From: Candidatus Latescibacterota bacterium
Lineage (GTDB): Bacteria; Latescibacterota; UBA2968; UBA8231
Length of the DNA stretch: 64,000 nt
NCBI GenBank assembly: GCA_965203175.1
Contig: OZ241867.1
Coordinates: 1,152,001 to 1,216,000 of the forward strand
Direction: 5' to 3'
The notes under the pieces are model-generated. The model was not told the origin of the DNA and searched no databases. It saw only the letters and a list, made by a program, of their open reading frames with translations. Positions within the stretch are counted from its first letter, which is position 1, and each line of letters starts with the position of its first letter. A program made the position numbers and the translations under genes. Positions 19,183 through 28,485 of the stretch are shown here, in pieces.

Positions 19183-21291
19183 ATGTTTCTCTGGAGACCT
19201 ATCTGTCTGTTGAGCTGCGCACTGCTGCTGGCGGGCAGCGATGGAGGATGGGCGCGGTCTGAATTTCAGGTGGGCGTCGGTGCGGAGAATTCCTTCATCG
19301 ACGTAGCCAGCGAAGGGGGAGGTGAATACTTGGTATTCGACCGGGATGGGCAGATCATCGATCGGCAGAGCATTGTGCCAGTGTCCTACGACCGAGTCGC
19401 GGATGAGGAAATCAGGGACTGGGGCACCATTGGAGAAGGGGCGCGGGCGAATGGGATGATGGATCTGAGTGAACCCTCACTCCGGCCTGTGTGGATCGAC
19501 CCGAGCGCGAATCTAGTGGAGACGGTCGAGGAACGGGGCGGCTTTGTGGCTAGCTCTGGAGGCGGTGTAGGAGGGAGAATCGAACAGGGCGTCCTACAGA
19601 ACATCGGAGACGGGGATTCCACCACGGCGATGGTCAGGGCAGTGGATCTATCGCCGACGGAAACAGGCGTCAACCACGGATGGATCAAGAACGCCATCGT
19701 CAACCTCGGGTGGGAGTTGCCCATAAACCGGATTCGGTTCTTTCCCCGCCCCTCCTTTGAGGACAACTTCCTCCCTTGGTTCGAGTTGGGCGTGGCCCCA
19801 GGCAGCGCGCCGATCGTCGACCGACCTTCCATCGCCCGGCGGGGTCAGCGGTGGTTCTATCAAATCAGTCGGGGCTTGACGGCCAAGAACGACCCGATCA
19901 TCGACATCATCGAAAGCACGACGGAAAACCTCGATGTCGTGGTGGATCGACGGTTTCCCACTCGGCCGGTGAAGTGGGTCACCCTCCGCCCCATCAATCC
20001 CGAGCGCACGTGGGAAGTCGCCGAACTCCACGTTTTTGGCGAAGGCTACGTGCAGCAGACTGTTTACCGCACGGACATCCTGGATTTTGGGCGGCCCGTC
20101 GCTTGGAGCAAGATTCGTTGGGAGGGAGTAGAGCCAGAAGGGACGAGAGTGGAGGTGCGAACCCGCACGGGCAACACAGAGCAGCCGTTCCGCTACAGCA
20201 GGAAGCAGCGCACTGGGCAGTTCGCGTCGGTGGACCGGCGGGAATACAACGACGTCTTCAACGCGGTGAATGTGGCCGATCCCTTCTCTAGCGGCAGCAC
20301 GCGGGGATTTGAACTGGTCAAGAAGGAGGTAGATATCGAAAACTGGAGCTTTTGGTCTCCGGCCTACGACTTCACCGCTGGCCTGCGGGATGCGAGCGAG
20401 CCGCCCTCAGCGTGGACGGATGGCGCAACTTTCTTATCGAAGAGCCCTGCTCGTTACCTCCAGTTCGAGGTATTGTTCTTTCCGACTAGCCAAACGGCTC
20501 CGCGGGTCGAGCGAATCGAGTTGCTCTTTGGCGAGGCCGTGGCCGACGCAGTGATCGGAGAAATCTCACCGACGGAGACCGCGAATTTCCAACCCCACAC
20601 CTTCACCTATGTCGTCCGGCCCATCGTGCGAGAGGAAAACAGTGGTTTCGACCGATTGGAAATCGCCACCGCCACTCGCGTGGAGCGACTGCGTTCGGTG
20701 AAAGTGGATGATGCGGAGGTGGGAGCAGAGTTCCCCCGGGACATCCAGGATGACCGCATCGTCGTTGGATTCGAAAAGCTCGTGGGCAGCGAGGATACTG
20801 AAAAGCGCATTGAGGTGGTCTTCGACGTGCCGGTTTTGCGCTTTGGCCAAAAGTTCACTGGCTTCGTTTTCTCCAGCGACGATCCCGACATCCGCCAACA
20901 AGTGGAAGAGGGCAATGCCACCTTGCGCTTCAGTACCAATTCCCTGTCCGTGAAAACCCCTAGGGGAGGCGAACTCATCGGCGAACTGAAGGCCATCCCA
21001 GCAGCTTTCAGTCCCAACGGCGACGGCGTGAACGACCAAGTCCTAATCCAATATCAAGTCCGCGCTCTGGGAAACAGCGTGCCCCACATACTGACCCTGT
21101 ACGATCTGGCGGGCAGGGTGGTCCGTCGGCTAGAGACAGAGCCCGGAGCAGCAGGGGTGTACGAGCGCGAGTGGAACGGGCGAAACGAGGCGGGAGAGCG
21201 CGTGCCTCCGGGAACGTATGTTTATACGGTAACGGTGGAAGCGGACCTGGGGAGGCAATGGAGCGCGGGTACCGTATCCGTGGTGTATTGA
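19183..21291 (+). CDS. Secreted protein with C-terminal FlgD-Ig / T9SS type-B-like domain (paralog 3)
   Basis: AAGGAG RBS then ATG 19183; IRFFPR, RTRTG, WSFWS, SPARYLQ, GFDRLEI, FSPNGDGVND, WNGRN, VVY end. Confidence 0.75.
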   Translation: MFLWRPICLLSCALLLAGSDGGWARSEFQVGVGAENSFIDVASEGGGEYLVFDRDGQIIDRQSIVPVSYDRVADEEIRDWGTIGEGARANGMMDLSEPSLRPVWIDPSANLVETVEERGGFVASSGGGVGGRIEQGVLQNIGDGDSTTAMVRAVDLSPTETGVNHGWIKNAIVNLGWELPINRIRFFPRPSFEDNFLPWFELGVAPGSAPIVDRPSIARRGQRWFYQISRGLTAKNDPIIDIIESTTENLDVVVDRRFPTRPVKWVTLRPINPERTWEVAELHVFGEGYVQQTVYRTDILDFGRPVAWSKIRWEGVEPEGTRVEVRTRTGNTEQPFRYSRKQRTGQFASVDRREYNDVFNAVNVADPFSSGSTRGFELVKKEVDIENWSFWSPAYDFTAGLRDASEPPSAWTDGATFLSKSPARYLQFEVLFFPTSQTAPRVERIELLFGEAVADAVIGEISPTETANFQPHTFTYVVRPIVREENSGFDRLEIATATRVERLRSVKVDDAEVGAEFPRDIQDDRIVVGFEKLVGSEDTEKRIEVVFDVPVLRFGQKFTGFVFSSDDPDIRQQVEEGNATLRFSTNSLSVKTPRGGELIGELKAIPAAFSPNGDGVNDQVLIQYQVRALGNSVPHILTLYDLAGRVVRRLETEPGAAGVYEREWNGRNEAGERVPPGTYVYTVTVEADLGRQWSAGTVSVVY

Positions 21292-21346
21292 GTCCAGCGC
21301 TTCGCAAATGACAGTTGAGGATCCAGTGTCGAGTTGCACAAACACA

Positions 21347-24034
21347 GTGAGAAGCTATCTGAAATTCGCCATCGTGGCCGCGGTGCTGGGCATGGCCGGG
21401 GAGACGAGTGCCCAGTCGGGCAGTCGGCCCAACTATGGGAACCGGCTGGGAACGCAATGGAGGCACGAGACGAGTTTTTTGCCCCAAGGAGTGCAAGTAG
21501 GACTCAACTCGATTGATCCAGCAGTGAGGAAATGGTACGTGCCTCAGGAGTTGTTCGCCGAATACCGCTGGCGGCAGTGGCAGACGACCAACTACGCCCG
21601 CACTGATTTTGACCGCTATGTATCCCCCGAAATCGAGGGGAGCTACCTCTACGACATGTTCGGAAATGCAGTATCCAAGGGATGGCTCATCTACAACACG
21701 AGCCAGAACACGCCCGAGGAGTTCGGCAACAGGCTCTTCAAGGGAAATCGTTTCGAAAGGTGGTTCAGCCAAGTCGTGGTCGCGGCCGACGCAAAAGGAG
21801 GCACATACTACGCACTGACGACGTCCAACAATCTGCGGACCACCCTTACGCCGCTGGTTTTGAGCAAGGTCCAAATGGACGGAATCCAGTTTGACTTGGC
21901 GACGGATAAGTACCAGCAGACGCTGATTTTTTCTAGAATTAGCGGCCCCCGGTTGACCTTTAACCGGGACGACCGGCGCACCAATACCACGACCTTTTTC
22001 GGCGGACGATTTACTGCCGCTGTTGGCGATTTCGTGGCCTTGGGCGTGCACGGCGTCAACTCCCATCAGTCGAACTCGAAGATCGACGAGGCGCCGGTGG
22101 CGAGCTTGTTCAAGGGAAGGCTGACGGAAGATCAGAATGCCGTGCCCATCTCCGCGATTGAGATCGTACTCCGCGATGAATCTCCCGAGGACGGCACGGG
22201 CGGAGCCGCGTTCTTCCCCGGCTCCTCGGACATCATCATCACCTATGAAAGTGGCCTCGTCAACAGAGGCAAGGATATTGGCTTCGAACCCGTATTGGAG
22301 GGGGGCATCCCGGCAGGGGGAAGGTTGGAGGCCAACGGCAGTGAAGAGATCCGACTCCTCTACTCCTTCGACGATCAGACCTTTGTCCACCGCGCAAGCG
22401 GCGCCAAGGACGAGATCACCAAGGTCGAATTCGAACTCACAGTGGCCAATGATTACGACATCTCGATGAGTTCCGACCGCCAGTTGAATTCCGCGGGGGC
22501 GAGAGTGCTGCTTCCGGTTACCCAAGCCGAGGGGAATATCCAAGATTTGGGCAATCTCCGGACCCTGCGGTTTGAGTACGGCTTGCCAACGGCCACTCAG
22601 ATTCTCGGCGGCAGTCTCAGTGTCTCCGATGTGCTGGGCTTCCGGCTGTACGGAGAGTTCGACCGGAACTGGAATATCCGACAGTATCCAAATGTCTCCC
22701 GGGAGATCCACAGGACCAGCTCCGGGCTGACGGGCGAGCCGCACAACGACGCCTGGCTGATCAATGTGTCCAACCAACGCGGACGCTGGTTCGGTTTTGC
22801 CGAAGCCTATAGCATCGACCCCCAGTACAACACGACGACATTTATCTCAAGAGAAGACGGTTCCATAGACTACGAGGCACCACAGAACAAGGTCGATTTC
22901 GTGGAGGACAACGACGACCAAGATCGCGTACCCGATGCCTTTCGCGGGGATTGGCTATTCCCGGATCTTCTAATCTTTCCGGGATGGGACCAGAATGGGG
23001 ACTTCCAACCGGACTTCAACCAGAACGATAACGAGGTCCGGCGCAATGCAATTCCCGACTGGAGGGAGCCATTTATTCGGTTGTGGGTGGACCGCCCGGA
23101 AATGCTGTGGGGGCGGGACATGAACAACAACTTCTGGCCCGATCTCTACGAAAACGACAAGGACCCCGACTATCCCTACGACAAGGATCACGGCGGGTGG
23201 AATGCCTACACTGGATTCCGCCTGCGACCGGGACTGAGAATCCTGGGCGGAATCCTGCGGGAGCAGTTGATCTCTTCGGATCAGAAGAATCACATGGTCT
23301 ATGGCATGTTCGACTACGACGAAACCTGGCCGCGCTACGGCCGCGTGAGAATGTACGAGATGGTCAAATCCGTGCAGGACGACATTGAGGATCCACTGCT
23401 CCAGTATGCACCCGAGACGCTGATTGACCTAGCCGAACCCCAAGAAAGCAAGCGGGAGATGGAAGATCCCCTCTTGGGGCGCGACAGTTTCGTCAATCAA
23501 TTTTTTCTCGGTCATCAGCTCAAGACAGGAAGAATACTGGTCGAATCAAAACTGAACCACGTGCTCTTCCATCAGCGCCTGGACCGCGAGGAGCGTCGCC
23601 GAATGGGATTGGACGAAAACGAGTTCTTCTTCGGCTTGATAAACAAGGCGATGTACCAGCGAGAATTGGGACGCGTGGGATTGCAGCCCTTCTGGAAGAG
23701 CGAATACAGAAAGCAGTCCCGTGGCCTGTTCGACGCGGAGGACAAAGAGACGCTCACCGAGCTATTTGGCGCGTTCGCCGTGCTGGATGTTCTGCACACC
23801 ACGCAGCTACAGGTGGGTAGCGAGTTCTTGTTCCAGAAAGACTTTGGCGACGAAGGGGACTTCCATTCCCAATCGATCGCCTTCCAGGCCACGAACTGGT
23901 CTTCGTACCTCGGTTATGTGATCACGATGCAATCGGGGATTCTGTTGGAGCGCAGGAATCCAGAGGGCGAGGAGAGCTTCACCAATACGCGTGCGTTCAT
24001 TTCCGTCTTTGCTGGACTGGAGAATCTGCGGTAG
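21347..24034 (+). CDS. Conserved hypothetical ~890-aa exported protein, putative outer-membrane beta-barrel (paralog 2)
   Basis: Shares DPAxR(R/K)WYVxQELF, LRD(D/E)SPEDG.GGAAFF, YGLPTAT, YNTTTF, FPGWDQN, DMNNNFW and SVFAGL with 12271-14937. The start is either GTG 21347 (homologous VRS..YL) or ATG 21308. Confidence 0.65.
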   Translation: MRSYLKFAIVAAVLGMAGETSAQSGSRPNYGNRLGTQWRHETSFLPQGVQVGLNSIDPAVRKWYVPQELFAEYRWRQWQTTNYARTDFDRYVSPEIEGSYLYDMFGNAVSKGWLIYNTSQNTPEEFGNRLFKGNRFERWFSQVVVAADAKGGTYYALTTSNNLRTTLTPLVLSKVQMDGIQFDLATDKYQQTLIFSRISGPRLTFNRDDRRTNTTTFFGGRFTAAVGDFVALGVHGVNSHQSNSKIDEAPVASLFKGRLTEDQNAVPISAIEIVLRDESPEDGTGGAAFFPGSSDIIITYESGLVNRGKDIGFEPVLEGGIPAGGRLEANGSEEIRLLYSFDDQTFVHRASGAKDEITKVEFELTVANDYDISMSSDRQLNSAGARVLLPVTQAEGNIQDLGNLRTLRFEYGLPTATQILGGSLSVSDVLGFRLYGEFDRNWNIRQYPNVSREIHRTSSGLTGEPHNDAWLINVSNQRGRWFGFAEAYSIDPQYNTTTFISREDGSIDYEAPQNKVDFVEDNDDQDRVPDAFRGDWLFPDLLIFPGWDQNGDFQPDFNQNDNEVRRNAIPDWREPFIRLWVDRPEMLWGRDMNNNFWPDLYENDKDPDYPYDKDHGGWNAYTGFRLRPGLRILGGILREQLISSDQKNHMVYGMFDYDETWPRYGRVRMYEMVKSVQDDIEDPLLQYAPETLIDLAEPQESKREMEDPLLGRDSFVNQFFLGHQLKTGRILVESKLNHVLFHQRLDREERRRMGLDENEFFFGLINKAMYQRELGRVGLQPFWKSEYRKQSRGLFDAEDKETLTELFGAFAVLDVLHTTQLQVGSEFLFQKDFGDEGDFHSQSIAFQATNWSSYLGYVITMQSGILLERRNPEGEESFTNTRAFISVFAGLENLR

Positions 24035-24063
24035 TGAAATAGAAAAGATTCGTTAAAAAAGGC

Positions 24064-24092
24064 TTGATAGCGAGGCAGGATTTCCTTATGGT
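24064..24092 (+). promoter_or_regulatory. sigma70-type promoter TTGATA-N17-TATGGT
   Basis: -35 at 24064-24069, exact 17-bp spacer, -10 at 24087-24092, A-tract just upstream. Confidence 0.55.
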
Positions 24093-24184
24093 AGGCCCGC
24101 AAGTAAGGGGTGCATTGTCGCGTAGTACGGCTGTGCACCCGTAGGGTCTATCGCAACTATCTCACTCCCAAAAGGAGGTTAATA

Positions 24185-25120
24185 ATGATGTTAGGCAAGC
24201 GGATCATCTTGGGTGCAACGATCCTAAGTGTCGGTCTGTCGGCCCAAACCTGGGCCCACGATCCACCGGATCTACTCATCCCGGCGGCGCAGTTCCCACC
24301 GGGGGCGGAACCCGTCATCGATGGCAACCCCGTTGAATGGGGACCCATTCCGGTAGAGACCTACGGTTCCGTGGGCGAACTGCTGTATCCGGTCGGTGCG
24401 GCGACGAGAGAAGGACGAGTGCTGGAAAACGCCTCCCAAGGGGACATCAACCCCGCGGACTTCCAGATTAAACACAAGTTAGGGTGGAGCCCAACGACGA
24501 ACGGCTTTTACATCCTGACCGAGGTGTTCGACGACCTGCACTTCATCGGGCGTCCCGACCCCGCCCGCTTCTGGCTCGACGACAGCGTCGAGTACGGATT
24601 GAATTTCAAGCACCAATCGTCGGAGGATCTGACCTTCAACGACGGGGACATAGTGACCTTGCAGAAGTATAAGTTCGCCTACCCTCCTTTGGAAGGGGAG
24701 TGGCAGTTCTATGAGCCCCAAGGGAACTTGCCTTGGCTGACCAGTGGGACCAAGTGGTTTGACATTGGGATCACTTTTGAAGGTGAGGAGTTCGGCGAGA
24801 GCACTTACTTCTACGAACTCAGGATCCGGCCAATCGCCGAAATGCCCAACAGCGAGAGCGCCACTGAGGATCAAGCGGTCGAGGGCATCCTGCAGGAGGG
24901 GATGATCATCCATTGGGGCAATATGATCAGCGACACCGACGAAGGAGGCACAGAGGACCAGAAGCGGGAGACGCAGTGGTCCACATCTCCCTCCGGCGCT
25001 GCGGCCAATGGGACGACCGACGTGCTGCTGTCGCCAGTTGATCCAGGCATCGAGTTCGTCGAGCAACAGACGGCCGTGGAAGCCACGAGCTGGGCGCGGG
25101 TCAAGGCGCAGTACCGATAG
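24185..25120 (+). CDS. Secreted acidic protein (CBM9/DOMON-like sugar-binding fold suspected) with C-terminal 'TAVEATSWARVK' motif
   Basis: Strong RBS AAAGGAGG; signal peptide (TWA-H); PVIDG...EW, GWS, VFDD and DDSVE resemble CBM9-like domains; short conserved C-terminal tail. Confidence 0.65.
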   Translation: MMLGKRIILGATILSVGLSAQTWAHDPPDLLIPAAQFPPGAEPVIDGNPVEWGPIPVETYGSVGELLYPVGAATREGRVLENASQGDINPADFQIKHKLGWSPTTNGFYILTEVFDDLHFIGRPDPARFWLDDSVEYGLNFKHQSSEDLTFNDGDIVTLQKYKFAYPPLEGEWQFYEPQGNLPWLTSGTKWFDIGITFEGEEFGESTYFYELRIRPIAEMPNSESATEDQAVEGILQEGMIIHWGNMISDTDEGGTEDQKRETQWSTSPSGAAANGTTDVLLSPVDPGIEFVEQQTAVEATSWARVKAQYR

Positions 25121-25155
25121 ATCTGAAGGATCGCAGCAGCGGTCGTTCTGAAGAT

Positions 25156-25214
25156 AGGGTGCCGGCAGGTCTTGGATGCGATAGCGTCCGAGGCGGTCGG
25201 CACCCTTTATTTTT
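25156..25214 (+). terminator. Long hairpin plus U-tract (intrinsic terminator-like)
   Basis: AGGGTGCCGGC...GTCGGCACCCT outer stem, CTTGGATGC-GATA-GCGTCCGAG inner stem, followed by TTATTTTT. Confidence 0.6.
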
Positions 25215-25226
25215 GGAGTGTAGGCG

Positions 25227-26402
25227 ATGCGGATCACCAGAGTCAAGACGTACATCGTAGACGGCGGTTTCCGTCCCTGGACCTTCGTGAAGATCGAGAC
25301 CAGCGACCCGGGCCTCGTGGGGTGGGGGGACTGCACCGACTGGGGCTCGCCCGGACCCGTGGCGGCGATGGTAGAACGGTACGCTGAGCGGATTATCGGC
25401 AAGGACCCCATGGCGAGCGAGGCGATCTGGTGGGAATTATCCGCCTTCTCGGTTCGCCACACGGGAGGCATTGCCTACAAGGCGATGTCCGGCATTGACT
25501 CGGCTCTGTGGGACATCCGCGGCAAGGTTCTAAACGCGCCCGTATGGCAACTGCTCGGCGGCCGCATGCGGGACCGGCTCCGGCTTTACTGGTCTCACTG
25601 CGGTTCGACCCGGGCTGGACCATGGGCGCAGAAATTGGGGCTGCGGCCGGTGCGGACTATCGCCGACTTGGAGGATTTGGCCAGAGAGGTGCTAGAGCGC
25701 GGCTTCACGGCGATCAAGACAAACCTGATGCCCTTGGAGGACGATCCCGAGGGCACTGGTGTGCCGAGTGGCGTCGGCGATGCACCCTCCTCGGTCCTGC
25801 GCCACGCGGAGCGAATAATCGGCACCTTCCGGGAGACCCTCGGACCGGATGTGGGGATCGCGCTGGATGTGGGATTTCACTTCAAGTTGGGCGGCGCGGC
25901 GCGACTCGCTAGGGCCTTGGAGCCGTACGACCTGATGTGGCTTGAGACGGAGACCCTAGACGCGACGGCGCTGCGGACCATCCGCGAGTCCACGACCACG
26001 ACGATCTGCACCGGCGAGAGCCTGTTTGGCACCGCCGACTTTCGACCTTTCCTCGAACTCCACGCCCAAGACATCGTCATGCCCGACCTAGCCTGGAACG
26101 GAGTCGCAATGGGCCGGCGGCTCGCCGACTTAGCTCACGCTTATGACGTGCTATTCGCTCCCCACAACTGCCACAGCCCGCTGACGACGTTGGTGTCGGC
26201 CAATGTCTGCGCCACCGTGCCCAATTTTTACATCCTCGAATTTGATGTGGACGATGCGCCGTGGCGGGACGACCTGATGAGTCATCCCTTCGAAGTGCAG
26301 GATGGGCACCTGATTCTACCGGAACGGCCCGGTCTAGGATCGGACTTGATCGAATCCGAACTCGAGAAGCACCCCCCCGACCACTACCCCGACGCGCGCT
26401 GA
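25227..26402 (+). CDS. Mandelate racemase/muconate lactonizing enzyme (enolase superfamily) protein, acid-sugar dehydratase-like
   Basis: SGIDSALWDIRGK...PVWQLLGG; metal ligands in IALD, WLETE and TGES; PHN; PGLG. Confidence 0.88.
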   Translation: MRITRVKTYIVDGGFRPWTFVKIETSDPGLVGWGDCTDWGSPGPVAAMVERYAERIIGKDPMASEAIWWELSAFSVRHTGGIAYKAMSGIDSALWDIRGKVLNAPVWQLLGGRMRDRLRLYWSHCGSTRAGPWAQKLGLRPVRTIADLEDLAREVLERGFTAIKTNLMPLEDDPEGTGVPSGVGDAPSSVLRHAERIIGTFRETLGPDVGIALDVGFHFKLGGAARLARALEPYDLMWLETETLDATALRTIRESTTTTICTGESLFGTADFRPFLELHAQDIVMPDLAWNGVAMGRRLADLAHAYDVLFAPHNCHSPLTTLVSANVCATVPNFYILEFDVDDAPWRDDLMSHPFEVQDGHLILPERPGLGSDLIESELEKHPPDHYPDAR

Positions 26403-26406
26403 TGTT

Positions 26407-28389
26407 ATGACTACGCAGGGGCAGCCGGATTTGCCGGCTGGTGGAGGGCGCGTGTTTACCGTGCGCGCCTTTCTCTTGGGTTGCCTGCTGACGGCGTTCC
26501 TTGGAACTGGCCCGCTCTATGTCCAGTTCGTCCATCACACGGCACCGCTCAACGCCGACTCCATCACAGCCGGCGCCGTGTTCCTGTTTTTCCTGCTCAC
26601 CTTTGTAGTCAACACCATACTGCGGAAAATCCATCCTCCCTGGGTGTTTACAACGGGCGAACTCGTCGTCATCTACACCATGATGATCGTGGCTTCCACG
26701 ATCCCGACGAAGACGCTGATGGCGAATATGATCCCCGTCCTGCCAGGAGCTTCTTACTACGCCACGCCGGAGAACGAATGGGCCGAACTGATCTTGCCCT
26801 TGATCCCGGATTGGATAGGACCCCACGACCCACTCGCAATAAAGTATTTCTACGAAGGCGCTCCCTCCCACGTCTCGGTTCCGTGGGGGGCGTGGCTAGT
26901 GCCCTTCGCGGCCTGGGGGATTTTCATCGCCTCCTTCTTTGCCGTGATGATCAGCAGCATGGTGATCGTCCGGCGTCAATGGGTGGAGCACGAGCGACTC
27001 GTCTTCCCCTTGACCCAAGTGCCGCTGGAGATGCTCCAGCCTCCCCAAACAGGGCACATCCTAGGATCCCTTTTTCGGAAACCGCTGCTGTGGATTGGGA
27101 TTGCGCTGCCTTGGATCGTGCTGAGCACGCACGGGCTGCATGCCTATTTCAACTACATCCCTAGGATCGAGACAAACACCTACTTCGAGCTATTCAGAGA
27201 TACCACCCCGTTCCGCATTCTCCTGAGCTTTTCCGTTATCGGGTTTACCTACCTAGTGAATCTAGAAATCGGATTTAGCCTCTGGTTCTTCCACGTGCTG
27301 ATGAAGCTACAGTCGGGCTTGCTGAACATTATTGGCTACGACATTCCAGGGCGCGAAGAGGTCTTTGTCGGCGGGGGGGGGACGGTCGCAGTCGGCCACG
27401 AGGCGATGGGGGCCACCATCGCACTGGTTTTGTTCGTCCTGTGGACGAGTCGCCGACATCTAACCTCGGTCTTCGGCAAAGCCTTCGGCACCGCCCCACA
27501 CGTGGATGACAGGGACGAGATCATGTCCTACCGGGCAGCGGTGATTACTCTATTGGTCGGGTTAGTCGGCATGGGTCTGTGGCTCAACGCTAGCGGGATG
27601 CCGCTGTGGCTCACGCCCTTCTTCGTGGCTACCGCCTTTGCCGCATTCTTCGCCCTGACCCGGATCATCGCCGAAGGCGGCGTCGGCTTTTCTCGGACTC
27701 AACTCGTCCCGGCCGTGTTCACAGTTTACACCTTTGGGACTGGGCTCGTGGGGCCTACGGGACTAACCAGCCTAGGCTTCACCTATACTTGGAGCTCCGA
27801 GATCCGCTCCCCTCTGATGGCGTCGGTAATGCACGCGCTGAAAATGATGGACAGCATTGGCGTTCGCCGGCCGCGGCCTCTCTTAGGTGCCATTGTGCTG
27901 GCGGCGCTGATCGGCACGATCTGTTCGGGCCTGATGACCGTGTGGCTCGCCTATACATACGGAGGAATCAATCTGCAGCGCTGGGCTTTCTTGGGATTGC
28001 CCCAGACTATCTTCGGGTTCGTGGGAGACAAGCTGCAGAACCCCCTCGGCAGCGACATCACCCTGCCGCGGATCGCCTTTGCGGGGCTGGGCGGCACAAT
28101 CATGGCTGGACTGATGTACGCCCGGCACCGGTTTATCAACTGGCCACTTCACTATCTAGGGCTACCCATCGCCACGTCGTTGCCGATCAGCGTGGGTTGG
28201 TTCAGTATTATGATCGGGTGGCTGTTTAAGCTGTTTATCGTGCGCTATGGAGGGGTACGTCTGTACCGGACAGTACGGCCCTTCTTCATCGGCCTGATCG
28301 CGGGACAGATTAGCTGCGGCGCGAGCTGGATGGTGCTAGACTACTTGACGGGCATGGTCGGCAATTGGGTGAGTGTGGGGGTGCCTTGA
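26407..28389 (+). CDS. Multi-pass inner-membrane protein, DUF6785/DUF6784-like (putative transporter)
   Basis: 660 aa with many TM helices; GELVVIY, RRQWVEHERLVFPL, RIIAEGG, WPLHYLG, RYGG..LY...RPFFIGL. Confidence 0.65.
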   Translation: MTTQGQPDLPAGGGRVFTVRAFLLGCLLTAFLGTGPLYVQFVHHTAPLNADSITAGAVFLFFLLTFVVNTILRKIHPPWVFTTGELVVIYTMMIVASTIPTKTLMANMIPVLPGASYYATPENEWAELILPLIPDWIGPHDPLAIKYFYEGAPSHVSVPWGAWLVPFAAWGIFIASFFAVMISSMVIVRRQWVEHERLVFPLTQVPLEMLQPPQTGHILGSLFRKPLLWIGIALPWIVLSTHGLHAYFNYIPRIETNTYFELFRDTTPFRILLSFSVIGFTYLVNLEIGFSLWFFHVLMKLQSGLLNIIGYDIPGREEVFVGGGGTVAVGHEAMGATIALVLFVLWTSRRHLTSVFGKAFGTAPHVDDRDEIMSYRAAVITLLVGLVGMGLWLNASGMPLWLTPFFVATAFAAFFALTRIIAEGGVGFSRTQLVPAVFTVYTFGTGLVGPTGLTSLGFTYTWSSEIRSPLMASVMHALKMMDSIGVRRPRPLLGAIVLAALIGTICSGLMTVWLAYTYGGINLQRWAFLGLPQTIFGFVGDKLQNPLGSDITLPRIAFAGLGGTIMAGLMYARHRFINWPLHYLGLPIATSLPISVGWFSIMIGWLFKLFIVRYGGVRLYRTVRPFFIGLIAGQISCGASWMVLDYLTGMVGNWVSVGVP

Positions 28390-28485
28390 TCTTTGCCACT
28401 GGCAAGCGGACGACCAGGGGAACTATGAGAATATGGGAACATTCTGTCGCCACTCGCAGGCGACACAATCATCAAAGGAGAGCGT

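Noticed and set aside
21008-22777. 589-aa antisense ORF
   Set aside because: Shadow of two well-supported plus-strand genes in high-GC DNA; no motifs.
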